Of a DNA stretch of 55,029 nucleotides, positions 17,031-26,452 are shown in pieces. Location of the stretch: the IMG/VR virus record IMGVR_UViG_3300020470_002235, positions 1-55,029 of that record. One strand, given 5' to 3'. The translations under genes and the position numbers were made by a program. Origin of the DNA: a virus (Duplodnaviria; Caudoviricetes). Below the pieces are notes generated by a model. The model was given only the letters and a program-made list of their open reading frames with translations, was not told the DNA's origin and ran no database searches. The stretch's first letter is position 1. Each line of letters opens with the position of its first letter.

Positions 17031-18064
17031 ACTTTCTTATACTCCATAAATTTCGCTTTCGCTGAGAGTCCTGAAAAAGAACACTCGTTAATTATACTTA
17101 CTATTTGTTCTGATGATAATCCACTGGATACCATATCATTAATATCTTTCAAATCACTAACTCTTCTATCGTTCCAAATGCAAACTTTCCAACCTTCATT
17201 GATAACGGTATCAATCTTTTTCAAAATTTCAACGTTTCTTGGTTCGTTGTCATATACTAGAATTGCATTTTCTTTAATAGAATCATCTAGTTTTGTGAAG
17301 TCGCTCCCTGCAACAGAAATTGCATTGGGAAGGAAGAGACTATCTATCGGCCCTTCCGTCACATAGATAGTTTTTTTAATGTCCACTTTATGTAGGTTGT
17401 AAATAAGAGGTTCATCGTCATGAAATTTCATTGTCATGTATCGCAATGGACTGTCGTTCATTGCACGACCACTCAAACCAATCAATTCATTCTCCCTATT
17501 AAAAAATGGTATTATAATTCTTGGGTCTGTACCAAGAACTCTATCTTCATACTTCTTTGATAATATTGATAACTGTTGAGGAGCTGGACTATACCAAAGT
17601 TCTTTATGGTGAACTGAAGGAATATGTCTTTCTTCTAGATACTCTCTTGCAACTGAAACTTCACTACAAGGTTTCATAAGAAATTTCAGGTTTTCAACAG
17701 TCATAATATTACTAGTATTTAGAGTTTCGTCTTTCGCTTGGAACTTGAATTTACTGGAACTTGGCAACTTTTTTTTCTTAGGTTTAAGTCCTTTTTCGGT
17801 CAACCACTCTTTCATGTATTCTTTATGAATAACAGGAAAATGTTCTTTTAAAAAGTTGATTGTTGAGGTAGATTTACCACAATTATGACACTTATAGACA
17901 TAACTTTGTTCTATGACAAAGTGGTATCCTCGTGCTTTATGTTGATTTTTTTGGGAATCACCACAATAGGGACATCGGTGATTAAGGGTTGTATCCCCTT
18001 TCCATTTGGCTACGTCCAAGTGGGACACAACCATAGATAAGTATTTTTTCTCTAACCAAAGCAT
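17027..18064 (-). CDS. gp61: T4-like DNA primase
   Basis: CPYCGDS...CHNC zinc finger, TEGPIDS, YDNEPRN, KDINDM. Confidence 0.95.
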   Translation of the reverse strand: MLWLEKKYLSMVVSHLDVAKWKGDTTLNHRCPYCGDSQKNQHKARGYHFVIEQSYVYKCHNCGKSTSTINFLKEHFPVIHKEYMKEWLTEKGLKPKKKKLPSSSKFKFQAKDETLNTSNIMTVENLKFLMKPCSEVSVAREYLEERHIPSVHHKELWYSPAPQQLSILSKKYEDRVLGTDPRIIIPFFNRENELIGLSGRAMNDSPLRYMTMKFHDDEPLIYNLHKVDIKKTIYVTEGPIDSLFLPNAISVAGSDFTKLDDSIKENAILVYDNEPRNVEILKKIDTVINEGWKVCIWNDRRVSDLKDINDMVSSGLSSEQIVSIINECSFSGLSAKAKFMEYKKV

Positions 18065-18071
18065 ATCTCCT

Positions 18072-18100
18072 ATTATACAGGAAATATGCGTTTTTTACAA
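18072..18100 (-). promoter_or_regulatory. sigma70-like promoter of primase
   Basis: AAAACCCC-TTGTAA-N17-TATAAT, ending 7 nt before the ATG. Confidence 0.6.
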
Positions 18101-18107
18101 GGGGTTT

Positions 18108-18323
18108 TTAACCGTCTATAAGTGCTTGGATTTCTGCGAGTTGTGTAGTGTTTGTTGAAACACTTGAATCGTATGCAACTTTCTGAGGGTCATCAGACGC
18201 CATAGAATCATATCCACTAGGTTTTACGGGTTTACCGTCACCTGTTTCAAACCACGCTTTTCTACCCGCTAAATCATCCATGCCTGGAATTGTAGGTGTT
18301 GTGTATCCTGTTGGTGCAGCCAT
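18108..18323 (-). CDS. hypothetical late protein
   Basis: AGGAG RBS; TAAATA upstream. Confidence 0.7.
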   Translation of the reverse strand: MAAPTGYTTPTIPGMDDLAGRKAWFETGDGKPVKPSGYDSMASDDPQKVAYDSSVSTNTTQLAEIQALIDG

Positions 18324-18332
18324 GTTTGTCTC

Positions 18333-19529
18333 CTAATTTGGGTTTCTAGTAGTATTTATCATATCTACGTTCTTTAGACGACTTTTTGGAACTTGTAAAA
18401 CATATCTTTTTTCATTTATTATTGGTCTACTTTTCTCTTCTTCTCGATACACTTGACCAATAGAACTAATCAATAGTAACACTGCAAGTGGGTCAAACAC
18501 GAAAATTAACATATAAATTACCCACCGAACTGCGTTGTCAAGATACTTGACACTGTCCTCTTGACCGTATATTACCTCTGCAATGTACTTAATTGGCCCA
18601 ACTTCTCGTTCTAGTGTAAGTATGACCTGTTCAGAATCAAACTTTTCTAACTTTAACTCATCTATTTTATCATATGTTTGGTCAATTAGTAAGTTGTATT
18701 CGTCTGTTTTTGCAATTATTTCGTCTGCATCACCAGTTGACGCTTGTTGCAGTCTTTTGATTTCTGCGTTTGCACCGTCTATAGTGTCTTGTGCTTGTTT
18801 TCTGTATCTATCGATATTACTCTGTTGTTCTGCAATATCTTCTCTAATCTGTTGTCTTTGTTCCGATTGTTGATTGAACAATTCGTTTGCCTGTGCAACA
18901 TAATCTATTGTTTCAGTCTCTGCACCCTGAAACACTCCACCTTCATCTACAGTAATAACTTCTACACCTTTCTCTCTTAGACTATTAACTGCAGAATCCA
19001 GTGTTGTGATTTGTCCTCTTAAACTTTCTATTTGTCCTTGTGCATAATCAATATCACCTTGAACTCTATCCCACGCACCATCTCTGATTTCTTCTTGTTG
19101 GGAAATTGAACCTGATACGTCAATAGTTGAAACACCTAGTGTACTAATACGACCTTCGTAAGTTTCTATCTTATTTTCTTCTCGTGCAATCAGGTTATCA
19201 ATTCTTGTAACTACTGATTGTGCTTGTGCAGTATCACCTGTTTGTTCTGAGTGTGCTTTTGATAGGTAACCGAATATCCCTAGTGAAGTAATTAACATAA
19301 GGACAACGACCATTGTTGCCATTAACCATTTTTGATAATTGAGTCTTTCCCAAAAGAGATGTAGATAGGCAGCAGTTACAATTTTCCCAAATTCTAATGC
19401 ACCTGCCATTATGACAATACCTAAGAATGCACCTGCAAAGATTGTTGCAAGTCCAAGTACCGAGAAATATGCAGCTATACCTGCAATTCCCACCGATGTA
19501 ATCAGTGCCAGATAATTCAAATATTTCAT
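18333..19529 (-). CDS. membrane protein with long coiled coil
   Basis: three N-terminal TMs, about 230-aa coiled coil, C-terminal TM with FDPLAVLLL. Confidence 0.8.
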   Translation of the reverse strand: MKYLNYLALITSVGIAGIAAYFSVLGLATIFAGAFLGIVIMAGALEFGKIVTAAYLHLFWERLNYQKWLMATMVVVLMLITSLGIFGYLSKAHSEQTGDTAQAQSVVTRIDNLIAREENKIETYEGRISTLGVSTIDVSGSISQQEEIRDGAWDRVQGDIDYAQGQIESLRGQITTLDSAVNSLREKGVEVITVDEGGVFQGAETETIDYVAQANELFNQQSEQRQQIREDIAEQQSNIDRYRKQAQDTIDGANAEIKRLQQASTGDADEIIAKTDEYNLLIDQTYDKIDELKLEKFDSEQVILTLEREVGPIKYIAEVIYGQEDSVKYLDNAVRWVIYMLIFVFDPLAVLLLISSIGQVYREEEKSRPIINEKRYVLQVPKSRLKNVDMINTTRNPN

Positions 19530-19532
19530 AAT

Positions 19533-19802
19533 TTAGTTTTTTCTTTTCAAAACCTCGTATGCATCATCATACATACCTTTCTTCTTTTTCTTCCTTACTA
19601 TTGGTTTATCAGTTGCAACAGCACTTCCTGTTGCGTTCATTGGTGCATCTTCCCACACCTTAAGAGTCTTTTTCATACACTCTTTATTAATCTTTTTAAA
19701 CTTGTTCCAAAAGGCAGCTCTCGTTTGTTTATCGAGTTTATGTCTGTCTTCCCAAGAAGATGGTTTTAATTTTAGTCTATTTTCTTTTTTAGTATAAGTC
19801 AT
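19533..19802 (-). CDS. small basic protein with EDAPxN motif, probably head-associated
   Basis: WEDAPMNATG followed by a basic stretch. Confidence 0.65.
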   Translation of the reverse strand: MTYTKKENRLKLKPSSWEDRHKLDKQTRAAFWNKFKKINKECMKKTLKVWEDAPMNATGSAVATDKPIVRKKKKKGMYDDAYEVLKRKN

Positions 19803-20349
19803 CGCCAGTTACCAGTACTCTATCGTTTTCACAAAATCCTACATAAACCTTTAGTCCAAACACCATGCTGTGTTCTGCAACTATTGTTACTTCAGATTTT
19901 GGAAGATAAGTTTTATCGTTTTGTTCTTGTAATTGTCGTTTAAGACGGTATATATTTCCTACTTGTAAAGAAGGAAGATGAGTAGTTTCAGTAATCATAT
20001 CAGGGTGTAGAATACCTTCTGATTTTAAATGTCTATAGAACTTTTCACATAATTCGTCCATTTGGTCTTCTGTTAACTTTGTTTCTTCTTTCAACAACAA
20101 CAGTGCAACAGCGTAAGATGCGAATGCAGTCTTACCGAACGGAACTTTATTTACGATTCTTTTTAGATTGAATACTAGTCTATGGAGTAAAGTAATTGAG
20201 TTTTTTTCCTTTGTACCTTCAGGTTTCTTCTCTTTGATTCTCATACCTTTATCGTCTATAAGACCATATTTGTATGCATCAAACTTTTTCCAAGGCGTTG
20301 TCAACATCTTTAGAATACGAAATATAATTAATGTATCTACTACTCTCAT
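19789..20349 (-). CDS. conserved T4-like phage late protein
   Basis: TPWxKFDAYKYGLIDDKG and HRLVFNLKR; TAAATA 5 nt upstream of the ATG. Confidence 0.75.
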   Translation of the reverse strand: MRVVDTLIIFRILKMLTTPWKKFDAYKYGLIDDKGMRIKEKKPEGTKEKNSITLLHRLVFNLKRIVNKVPFGKTAFASYAVALLLLKEETKLTEDQMDELCEKFYRHLKSEGILHPDMITETTHLPSLQVGNIYRLKRQLQEQNDKTYLPKSEVTIVAEHSMVFGLKVYVGFCENDRVLVTGDDLY

Positions 20350-20380
20350 ATATCTATTTAGGTCAATAAAACCCTCTAAA

Positions 20381-20456
20381 TGGAGCTGCTGGAGAGATTC
20401 GAACTCACGACCTGCTGATTACAAATCAGCTGCTCTACCAACTGAGCTACAGCAGC
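20381..20456 (-). tRNA. tRNA-Thr(UGU)
   Basis: 76-nt cloverleaf GCTGCTG...CAGCAGC-T-CCA, anticodon TGT, encoded CCA. Confidence 0.97.
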
Positions 20457-20827
20457 TATAATTCTCTTAGTTTTTGTGCGAGTTCATCGTTAACTGGAAT
20501 GTCTGTATTCCACGATTCTTCAACGTATCCTAAGTATAAAAGCATTGTTTTAATGGAAGACCAATAAGAAGGTTCAGTGATTTTGAAATCTAACATTCTC
20601 ATTGATGCATCATATCCAAAGACATTGAATATGGTGATAAGGTGATTTAACATGAGGCGTTCTCTTAACTCACCTGCCTCATGATAACGGTGTAGGAGTC
20701 GTTTAAGGTATCTAAACCTTCGTAAATCTTCTTGGAACTCCTCTAGGTCTGCACATTGAGGGTCATCGTAGTTTTGCAATGCGAATGCACTAAAATTCTT
20801 TACAGTGAGTTTGTCGAATAGACCCAT
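20456..20827 (-). CDS. conserved hypothetical protein of marine T4-like phages
   Basis: YDDPQC, FQEDLRRFRYLKRL, ERLMLNH. Confidence 0.8.
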   Translation of the reverse strand: MGLFDKLTVKNFSAFALQNYDDPQCADLEEFQEDLRRFRYLKRLLHRYHEAGELRERLMLNHLITIFNVFGYDASMRMLDFKITEPSYWSSIKTMLLYLGYVEESWNTDIPVNDELAQKLREL

Positions 20828-20870
20828 ACGTTTTCCATAATATAATTAAATCTAAAAGTATTTAGTACTT

Positions 20871-21272
20871 TTAGATAGAGCCGTAGACTTTAAATGAACC
20901 TGTTTCTAATTTCTCCACTCTAAGGTTTAGTGTAACGACTTCTGTTTTTTCATCAAATTCGTCATGTGGAGTGTCTACGGTTTTACCAAATTGGTCTCCA
21001 TATCTTTTCATATTAACTTGATATTCACCCGTTTCAGTAATTTCAGGGTGTTCATCAAGTGAAAGACCAAGTTGTCCTAGTTTCGCATCAATCTGACCGA
21101 CAGCAGCACTAGGATTTAAAAATTCACTAACTGCACAATGTCCAAGAATGGCATTAATTCTTGATTTGACTTCAGGGTCGTTTATGTCATGGGGAACTTG
21201 TTGACTTTCTAAACCACCCACTTGTGTGCTTCCGTAGTGTCCTTCAGCTATAAATTCTGCAAATTTTTTCAT
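20871..21272 (-). CDS. putative internal head protein
   Basis: N-terminus MKKFAEFIAE resembles the T4 capsid-targeting sequence MKTYQEFIAE. Confidence 0.7.
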   Translation of the reverse strand: MKKFAEFIAEGHYGSTQVGGLESQQVPHDINDPEVKSRINAILGHCAVSEFLNPSAAVGQIDAKLGQLGLSLDEHPEITETGEYQVNMKRYGDQFGKTVDTPHDEFDEKTEVVTLNLRVEKLETGSFKVYGSI

Positions 21273-21276
21273 ATTA

Positions 21277-21540
21277 TTATCCTATTATTCCTACTTTGAC
21301 TGCAAGTACTTCTGCGTGAGCAGCGAATACTTCGTCTGATGCGTTTTTTGAAATTATTTCTGTTGCACCAGCACCTAGTGTGAACGTTCCGATTAGTGAA
21401 TTTGCAGAAGTTTCTACAGATACTAATCTTGCAGTTGAACCACTATTGTGGACTCTTACTGCAGTTGCACTACCAAAGTTTGAACCATTAGTTGTGGACG
21501 TTCCACAAGCTGCTTCTGTTCCTAGTACATTTAATTTCAT
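21277..21540 (-). CDS. small beta-rich virion protein
   Basis: Gly/Ala/Ser/Thr-rich; located in the late cluster. Confidence 0.65.
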   Translation of the reverse strand: MKLNVLGTEAACGTSTTNGSNFGSATAVRVHNSGSTARLVSVETSANSLIGTFTLGAGATEIISKNASDEVFAAHAEVLAVKVGIIG

Positions 21541-21551
21541 GTTAACCTACC

Positions 21552-22124
21552 TTATGCAGCTACTGTAATTGTTCCAGCTGCAGTTCCGATACCTACTACT
21601 GAAGTAATGGTTGCGTTACCACCACCTGCAGTGTCAACTATTGTTGAACCACCTGCGTGTGCTAATGGATTTGCACCGATACTTAATACATCACTTGCAT
21701 TTGTAGCTGCGTTGTTAGCACCTATTGCAAGACTGAATGTAAGTTCGTTTGTCCCACTTCCTGATGCATATGCAAGTGAATGTGGGCCTCTTCCTGAACC
21801 TGAGCCTTGGTTTCCGTTAGTCACAGCGAATGTAGGTGTTCCACTTACAGTCACATTCTCGTTGAATATAACTTTAACTGATAAAGTTCCACCTTCTGAT
21901 TTATCGAATGCAGTTGTAATCCAATCGATTTCAGTGATGTCTGCTTGTCCTATTCCTACTGCAAGGTCAGCTCCAGTTGCAACTAAAATTTCTTCTAGAT
22001 TTCTAGAACCAACTTTCTTTTTAAGAACCCAACCTTCAGGTTTAGCGATAGTGTTTTTCTTGTCTTCTGTCGAAAGATACTTAGGTTTACTTTCGTCAGC
22101 GTCTGATACTCCCCATAATGCCAT
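21552..22124 (-). CDS. virion structural protein with Ig-like C-terminal part
   Basis: MALWG...PEGWV N-terminus; FNENVTVSGTP and YASGSGTNELTF. Confidence 0.7.
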   Translation of the reverse strand: MALWGVSDADESKPKYLSTEDKKNTIAKPEGWVLKKKVGSRNLEEILVATGADLAVGIGQADITEIDWITTAFDKSEGGTLSVKVIFNENVTVSGTPTFAVTNGNQGSGSGRGPHSLAYASGSGTNELTFSLAIGANNAATNASDVLSIGANPLAHAGGSTIVDTAGGGNATITSVVGIGTAAGTITVAA

Positions 22125-22144
22125 TTTGTTTTCCTCTCTTTAGT

Positions 22145-22690
22145 TTATTTATTGGCAAACTTAAGTATGCCATTAAAATTTGTTTTAAAAGACTTTATGT
22201 CTTTCTGTAATAATATAAGGTATTTAGACCGTTCAGGTGTCTTAAGTCGCATTAAAATGTCATGAACTTTCTCTGCATCCTTCCATTTTACCTTCATAGT
22301 CTTCATATCGTCCGTTCTAATTTTTTGGTCACGTTTAGTGTCAATCAGTTTCTTAAACTGCATTAGAATGTTCGCATCAGGTCTAAGTTGCATTCCTTGT
22401 GCATTTGAATCCATTGCCCAAATTGCTCTTTGGATAACTTCATCTTCACCAGCTTCTGCATACTTACCTTTTGCCATTGTGGATATTTTATCCAACATGG
22501 CTCTCAATTCTTTTTCGTTTTTTGCTTTCGCAACGGCACGTGCAACCTTTTGATTACCTGCATCGGACATCATTCCGAAGTCTGCAACCTTTTCCATGAC
22601 TTTGGCGACTTTCTTCGCCTCTCCTTTCATGTAACCTAACTTTTTAATCTTCTCCTTAAAAGTTCGGTATCTAGCGTCTATCTTGTCCAT
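22145..22690 (-). CDS. basic hypothetical protein, probable internal head protein
   Basis: Lys-rich and helical; in the late head-protein cluster. Confidence 0.65.
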   Translation of the reverse strand: MDKIDARYRTFKEKIKKLGYMKGEAKKVAKVMEKVADFGMMSDAGNQKVARAVAKAKNEKELRAMLDKISTMAKGKYAEAGEDEVIQRAIWAMDSNAQGMQLRPDANILMQFKKLIDTKRDQKIRTDDMKTMKVKWKDAEKVHDILMRLKTPERSKYLILLQKDIKSFKTNFNGILKFANK

Positions 22691-23004
22691 TAGAATGCTT
22701 TGTATATTTCGTCATGATTTGCGAAAACTTTCTTAGATTTCTTCATGAGTTCTTGATACATACCAGTTCTAAGTGCAATCAAATCAGAAGACATAGAACC
22801 TTCTATTTTGTGCATTTTCTTTAACAGTTCCATCATCTTCACAACTTTCATTTCTTTCATACTCTTAGCTAAGACTATGATTGCCTCGTTATGGTCATTT
22901 CTGTCCGTCAAAGCAGCAATTTGTCCTACAGTTGCTGGGTCTAATTCTTTCTTCTCTTGAAGAGAATCTTCCCACATTGCACGAATAGTATCAAACTCAT
23001 TCAT
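22690..23004 (-). CDS. hypothetical protein, probable internal head protein
   Basis: N-terminal SLQE motif. Confidence 0.65.
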   Translation of the reverse strand: MNEFDTIRAMWEDSLQEKKELDPATVGQIAALTDRNDHNEAIIVLAKSMKEMKVVKMMELLKKMHKIEGSMSSDLIALRTGMYQELMKKSKKVFANHDEIYKAF

Positions 23005-23008
23005 GAAA

Positions 23009-23287
23009 TTATTCCTCAGATTCTTCTGTTTCTTCTACTTCAGGTGTTTCTTCTACTTCTTCTTTCTTACCGTCTTTACCTTTTTCGTGGTCTGCATTCC
23101 AGTTTGCATCGATATAGTCGTAAAATTCTTTCTTTTTCTCACCACTTAATTCATCAGGTGAAGTGACACCAAACTTTTTCAAAACTGAATCAAAGAACTT
23201 TTTATATTCTGCAGATGATTCGATAACTTTTTTAGACGCTTCTAGTAGGTCGTCTGATAACCCTAATTGAAATCCTGTAAAACTCAT
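23009..23287 (-). CDS. hypothetical protein, probable head protein
   Basis: YKKFF...KFGVTSP...KKEFYDYID; acidic tail. Confidence 0.7.
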   Translation of the reverse strand: MSFTGFQLGLSDDLLEASKKVIESSAEYKKFFDSVLKKFGVTSPDELSGEKKKEFYDYIDANWNADHEKGKDGKKEEVEETPEVEETEESEE

Positions 23288-23619
23288 TGTTCTAATTCTC
23301 CTGATTCGAAATAATCGAATAATTTTTGTTTGTTTTCTTCATTAAGCATCATTGACTTCGCAAGTCTACCTAACATATTTTTTTCTGAAAGTTTTTCTAA
23401 GTCAACAGAATTTTCTTCAGGTTCTTGAGTTTCTTCTGAAACTTCTTCAGTTTCTTCAGTTACTTCCTCTGTAGGTTCTTCCATTTCATTAAGAAGTCCG
23501 TCAATCTCTTCACTGATAACTTCGTCTTCAGTCTTTTCAACTACAGGTTCGTTTGCCTCTTTAAGACCTTCTCGAACTCTTTGTAAGGCTTCTTGCCAGT
23601 TTTCTGTTTTTTGTGTCAT
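23284..23619 (-). CDS. acidic scaffold-like protein
   Basis: very Glu-rich with several LxE sites; TAAATA 5 nt before the ATG. Confidence 0.65.
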   Translation of the reverse strand: MTQKTENWQEALQRVREGLKEANEPVVEKTEDEVISEEIDGLLNEMEEPTEEVTEETEEVSEETQEPEENSVDLEKLSEKNMLGRLAKSMMLNEENKQKLFDYFESGELEQ

Positions 23620-23627
23620 ATCTTTAT

Positions 23628-23879
23628 TTATGTTAATTGGATTCTAACCACCAACTCATCTACTCCCTTTTCTAGGTTTCCCTTCATTAGGTACTCTTTA
23701 CCCGATTCTAATTCAATAGGCATATAACCACGTTCTCTCATATGCCACCCATTACCACTAAGTATGTGCATAGTTTGTTTCATACCTTGCACAACCTCTA
23801 AAGGAACAGAATCATTAAATGTTCTAATTAAATACTTAATCCCTGTTCCATGCTGTTCCGTAACAACATCTTTGGTCAT
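23628..23879 (-). CDS. hypothetical protein
   Basis: 83-aa ORF with CTAAATA upstream. Confidence 0.6.
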   Translation of the reverse strand: MTKDVVTEQHGTGIKYLIRTFNDSVPLEVVQGMKQTMHILSGNGWHMRERGYMPIELESGKEYLMKGNLEKGVDELVVRIQLT

Positions 23880-23900
23880 TGACCTTTCCTATATTTAGTA

Positions 23901-26447
23901 CTAGTTTTTAATTGATTTTAAAAAATCCCTCTTACCCGCTTTGTACATTGCAACAACACCACTATGGTCTGTTATCATATACATTGTTTGGATATTCAGT
24001 AATTCGTCTCTAGAGACACCTCTAATTTCCTTTTTCCAGTATTTCTCTATGTTCTTGTTAAGTTTACCACTTCCTGTTTTTTCAGGTCTATAAGGGTCTT
24101 CCTGTAAACCTAACTCTTCAGTTTTAAACTGAATTGTTGCACCTTTAAGTCTATACTGTTCTCCGAAGTTTGCGTAGTTAAGTGCTTTAACAACGTCTTT
24201 ATTCTTCGAAAGGCCTCTCTTAAGTTTTTCAATCTGTTTAACTGCGTAGTTCATTGCTCCGCCATGGTCAAGTGCGATTTCAACTGCTTTTCTTACAGTC
24301 TTATCTCTAACTTTATTCCTTCTGAAGTAGACTGAAATTTCTTGTCCAGTAAGTTTACTTCCACTCATTTTACTTTCCAGTTTAACAGCTTTTCCTCTAG
24401 GTCTTTTAATGTTTCCACGTCCTCTTTTAACTTTCATTTCTTCTATTTCCTCAAATCTCTTCTCGGCACCTCTTCGAACTTTTTCATCACTGTCTACCCA
24501 GTCTTGTGGTGCATGAGAAATTTTATATCCACTAACCTTAACACCCCATTTACTCAAATGAGATACAATAACGTCTCTTAAGTCTTTCTTTTCATCAGGA
24601 TTATCAAAATACTTTTCGACATCGTCATATAATGAATCGTCACCAAAGACATTATAGATATTAACTAATAGTGTTCTAGCATTCTTTTCACTTGCTTTAA
24701 TTTTTTTACTTAAAAACTGTTTTTGTAGATAAGCTAATTTAGGTTTAGAATCAGGGACAGACCATGTTCCTTCTTGTAAAGATTCACCTTCAGGTACGAA
24801 TGAGTTATTAAGATGTGCAAAGAACTCACCCATCATATCGTCCATGTAATCATCGATAACTTCATCAGTGTCATCAGGGTCATCATTTCGTATGTCTCCG
24901 TTTTCCCATGCAAGATTGTATAATGCTTGATATACTCTATGTTTACCGTGTTCAGGACTTTGTCCTCTCTTTGCAAGCATTTCGATTTCTCTTTTATATT
25001 TCTTTGCAATTTGACCGAGTTTCATTGCACGACCTTCTTCTAATTCAACTTCTTCCATTATACCTATTCTCTTTGCGTGAGCAACTGCTTTCTTAACATC
25101 ATTTTTTGTAAATTTAGAAAGTGAAGGACTCTTATTTGCAGGGCCTACAAAGAATTTAGGAACACGATTAGTTACAAAATCTACTTGACCAATTTGTCCT
25201 GCAGGTATTCCTTCTTTCTCTAATTCTTTGAGAAAGTCTATTGCTTTGTCTACGAACTTAGTATCATTTTGACCAAATGCTTTAGATTTCTTTGATATTT
25301 CTTTTTTATCTTTCTCTAAACCTTGTATTAGAGATTTATAGGTTTGTTTTTCTTCCAATTCTACTTCTTCTTTTCTACTACCTTTCTTCTGTCCGTAATA
25401 GTCTTTAAGGAAATCTTTTGCAACTGATAATGGAATCTTCCAGTCTCTTGCAAGTTCTTTTGCAGTCGCACCTTGCTGAATGTCTATAAGTAAATCACTC
25501 ATTTTACCTTCTTCAAGTTCTTCCTTCTGCATCAATTTCAGGGTTGTCATATCACCAATAATTTTAAGAATATCTTGTTGTGCTTTTAATATAGACTCGT
25601 ATTGTCTATTGAAAGCTTGAGATTGAAGTGTCTTATCACCCATTTTTGTAATCTTAAAGTAGTCTTTCTTTATCTTTTCAATATCTTTGGAAAGTTTCTT
25701 AACTGCGTTGATTTCTTTATCAGTAACTTCTTGAAGATTTTCTTCTTTCATACCCATAACTTTATGTGCAAGGTTAACAAGCATTCGAATACTTGCTTTT
25801 TCCATTTTCTTTTTGTTTGAATCGTTGACTTTTTCATATGCTTTAACGATAACACTCGCAGTAAACATATCTAACATTACACCACTAACTTTAGCTGCAC
25901 CTTTAGTGTCAACAATCTTTTGGATTTCAGGCATTAAGTTTTTTGCTTCTTCTAGAGATTCTCCCAACTTGAGGTTACCACCAGTAATTTTAAAGTTTAG
26001 TCCACCTTTTTTAAACACCTTAAGAACTTCTTTTACATCTTTAACATTTTCAAATTGCAACCATTTACCTTCTTGAACTATGTCCTCGAATGGTTGATTT
26101 CCGCCTGGATATAACTTATTATTAATGTGTTTATATGCCTTAATTGCATCGTTTTTATTTCTAAATTCTAATTCTACAAACTCTGCATCTCTTGCTTCTT
26201 CTAAACTTTCTTCTAGGGGTTTAACAAAGTTATCGTCAAGTTCTTCATTGTAAGGGAAACCTTTAAGGGGATTTTGGAATACCTGCATGAATGACTTTTT
26301 CTGTTTGTTCTTTTTCTCTTGGATTACTTCTTGAATACCTGCAAGATACTTCTCCACATTTTGATATGGTGTATCTTCTTGGTATGCCTTTAAAGTTTCA
26401 GGAGTTCCAACTTCGTGGACTCCATTATCGTGTTTATTTCCCGCCAT
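23901..26447 (-). CDS. large modular protein with repeated E-x-L-x-E linkers, putative internal head polyprotein
   Basis: 848 aa; about 9-10 acidic linkers separate mostly basic modules of about 25-110 aa. Confidence 0.7.
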   Translation of the reverse strand: MAGNKHDNGVHEVGTPETLKAYQEDTPYQNVEKYLAGIQEVIQEKKNKQKKSFMQVFQNPLKGFPYNEELDDNFVKPLEESLEEARDAEFVELEFRNKNDAIKAYKHINNKLYPGGNQPFEDIVQEGKWLQFENVKDVKEVLKVFKKGGLNFKITGGNLKLGESLEEAKNLMPEIQKIVDTKGAAKVSGVMLDMFTASVIVKAYEKVNDSNKKKMEKASIRMLVNLAHKVMGMKEENLQEVTDKEINAVKKLSKDIEKIKKDYFKITKMGDKTLQSQAFNRQYESILKAQQDILKIIGDMTTLKLMQKEELEEGKMSDLLIDIQQGATAKELARDWKIPLSVAKDFLKDYYGQKKGSRKEEVELEEKQTYKSLIQGLEKDKKEISKKSKAFGQNDTKFVDKAIDFLKELEKEGIPAGQIGQVDFVTNRVPKFFVGPANKSPSLSKFTKNDVKKAVAHAKRIGIMEEVELEEGRAMKLGQIAKKYKREIEMLAKRGQSPEHGKHRVYQALYNLAWENGDIRNDDPDDTDEVIDDYMDDMMGEFFAHLNNSFVPEGESLQEGTWSVPDSKPKLAYLQKQFLSKKIKASEKNARTLLVNIYNVFGDDSLYDDVEKYFDNPDEKKDLRDVIVSHLSKWGVKVSGYKISHAPQDWVDSDEKVRRGAEKRFEEIEEMKVKRGRGNIKRPRGKAVKLESKMSGSKLTGQEISVYFRRNKVRDKTVRKAVEIALDHGGAMNYAVKQIEKLKRGLSKNKDVVKALNYANFGEQYRLKGATIQFKTEELGLQEDPYRPEKTGSGKLNKNIEKYWKKEIRGVSRDELLNIQTMYMITDHSGVVAMYKAGKRDFLKSIKN

Positions 26448-26452
26448 TTTAA

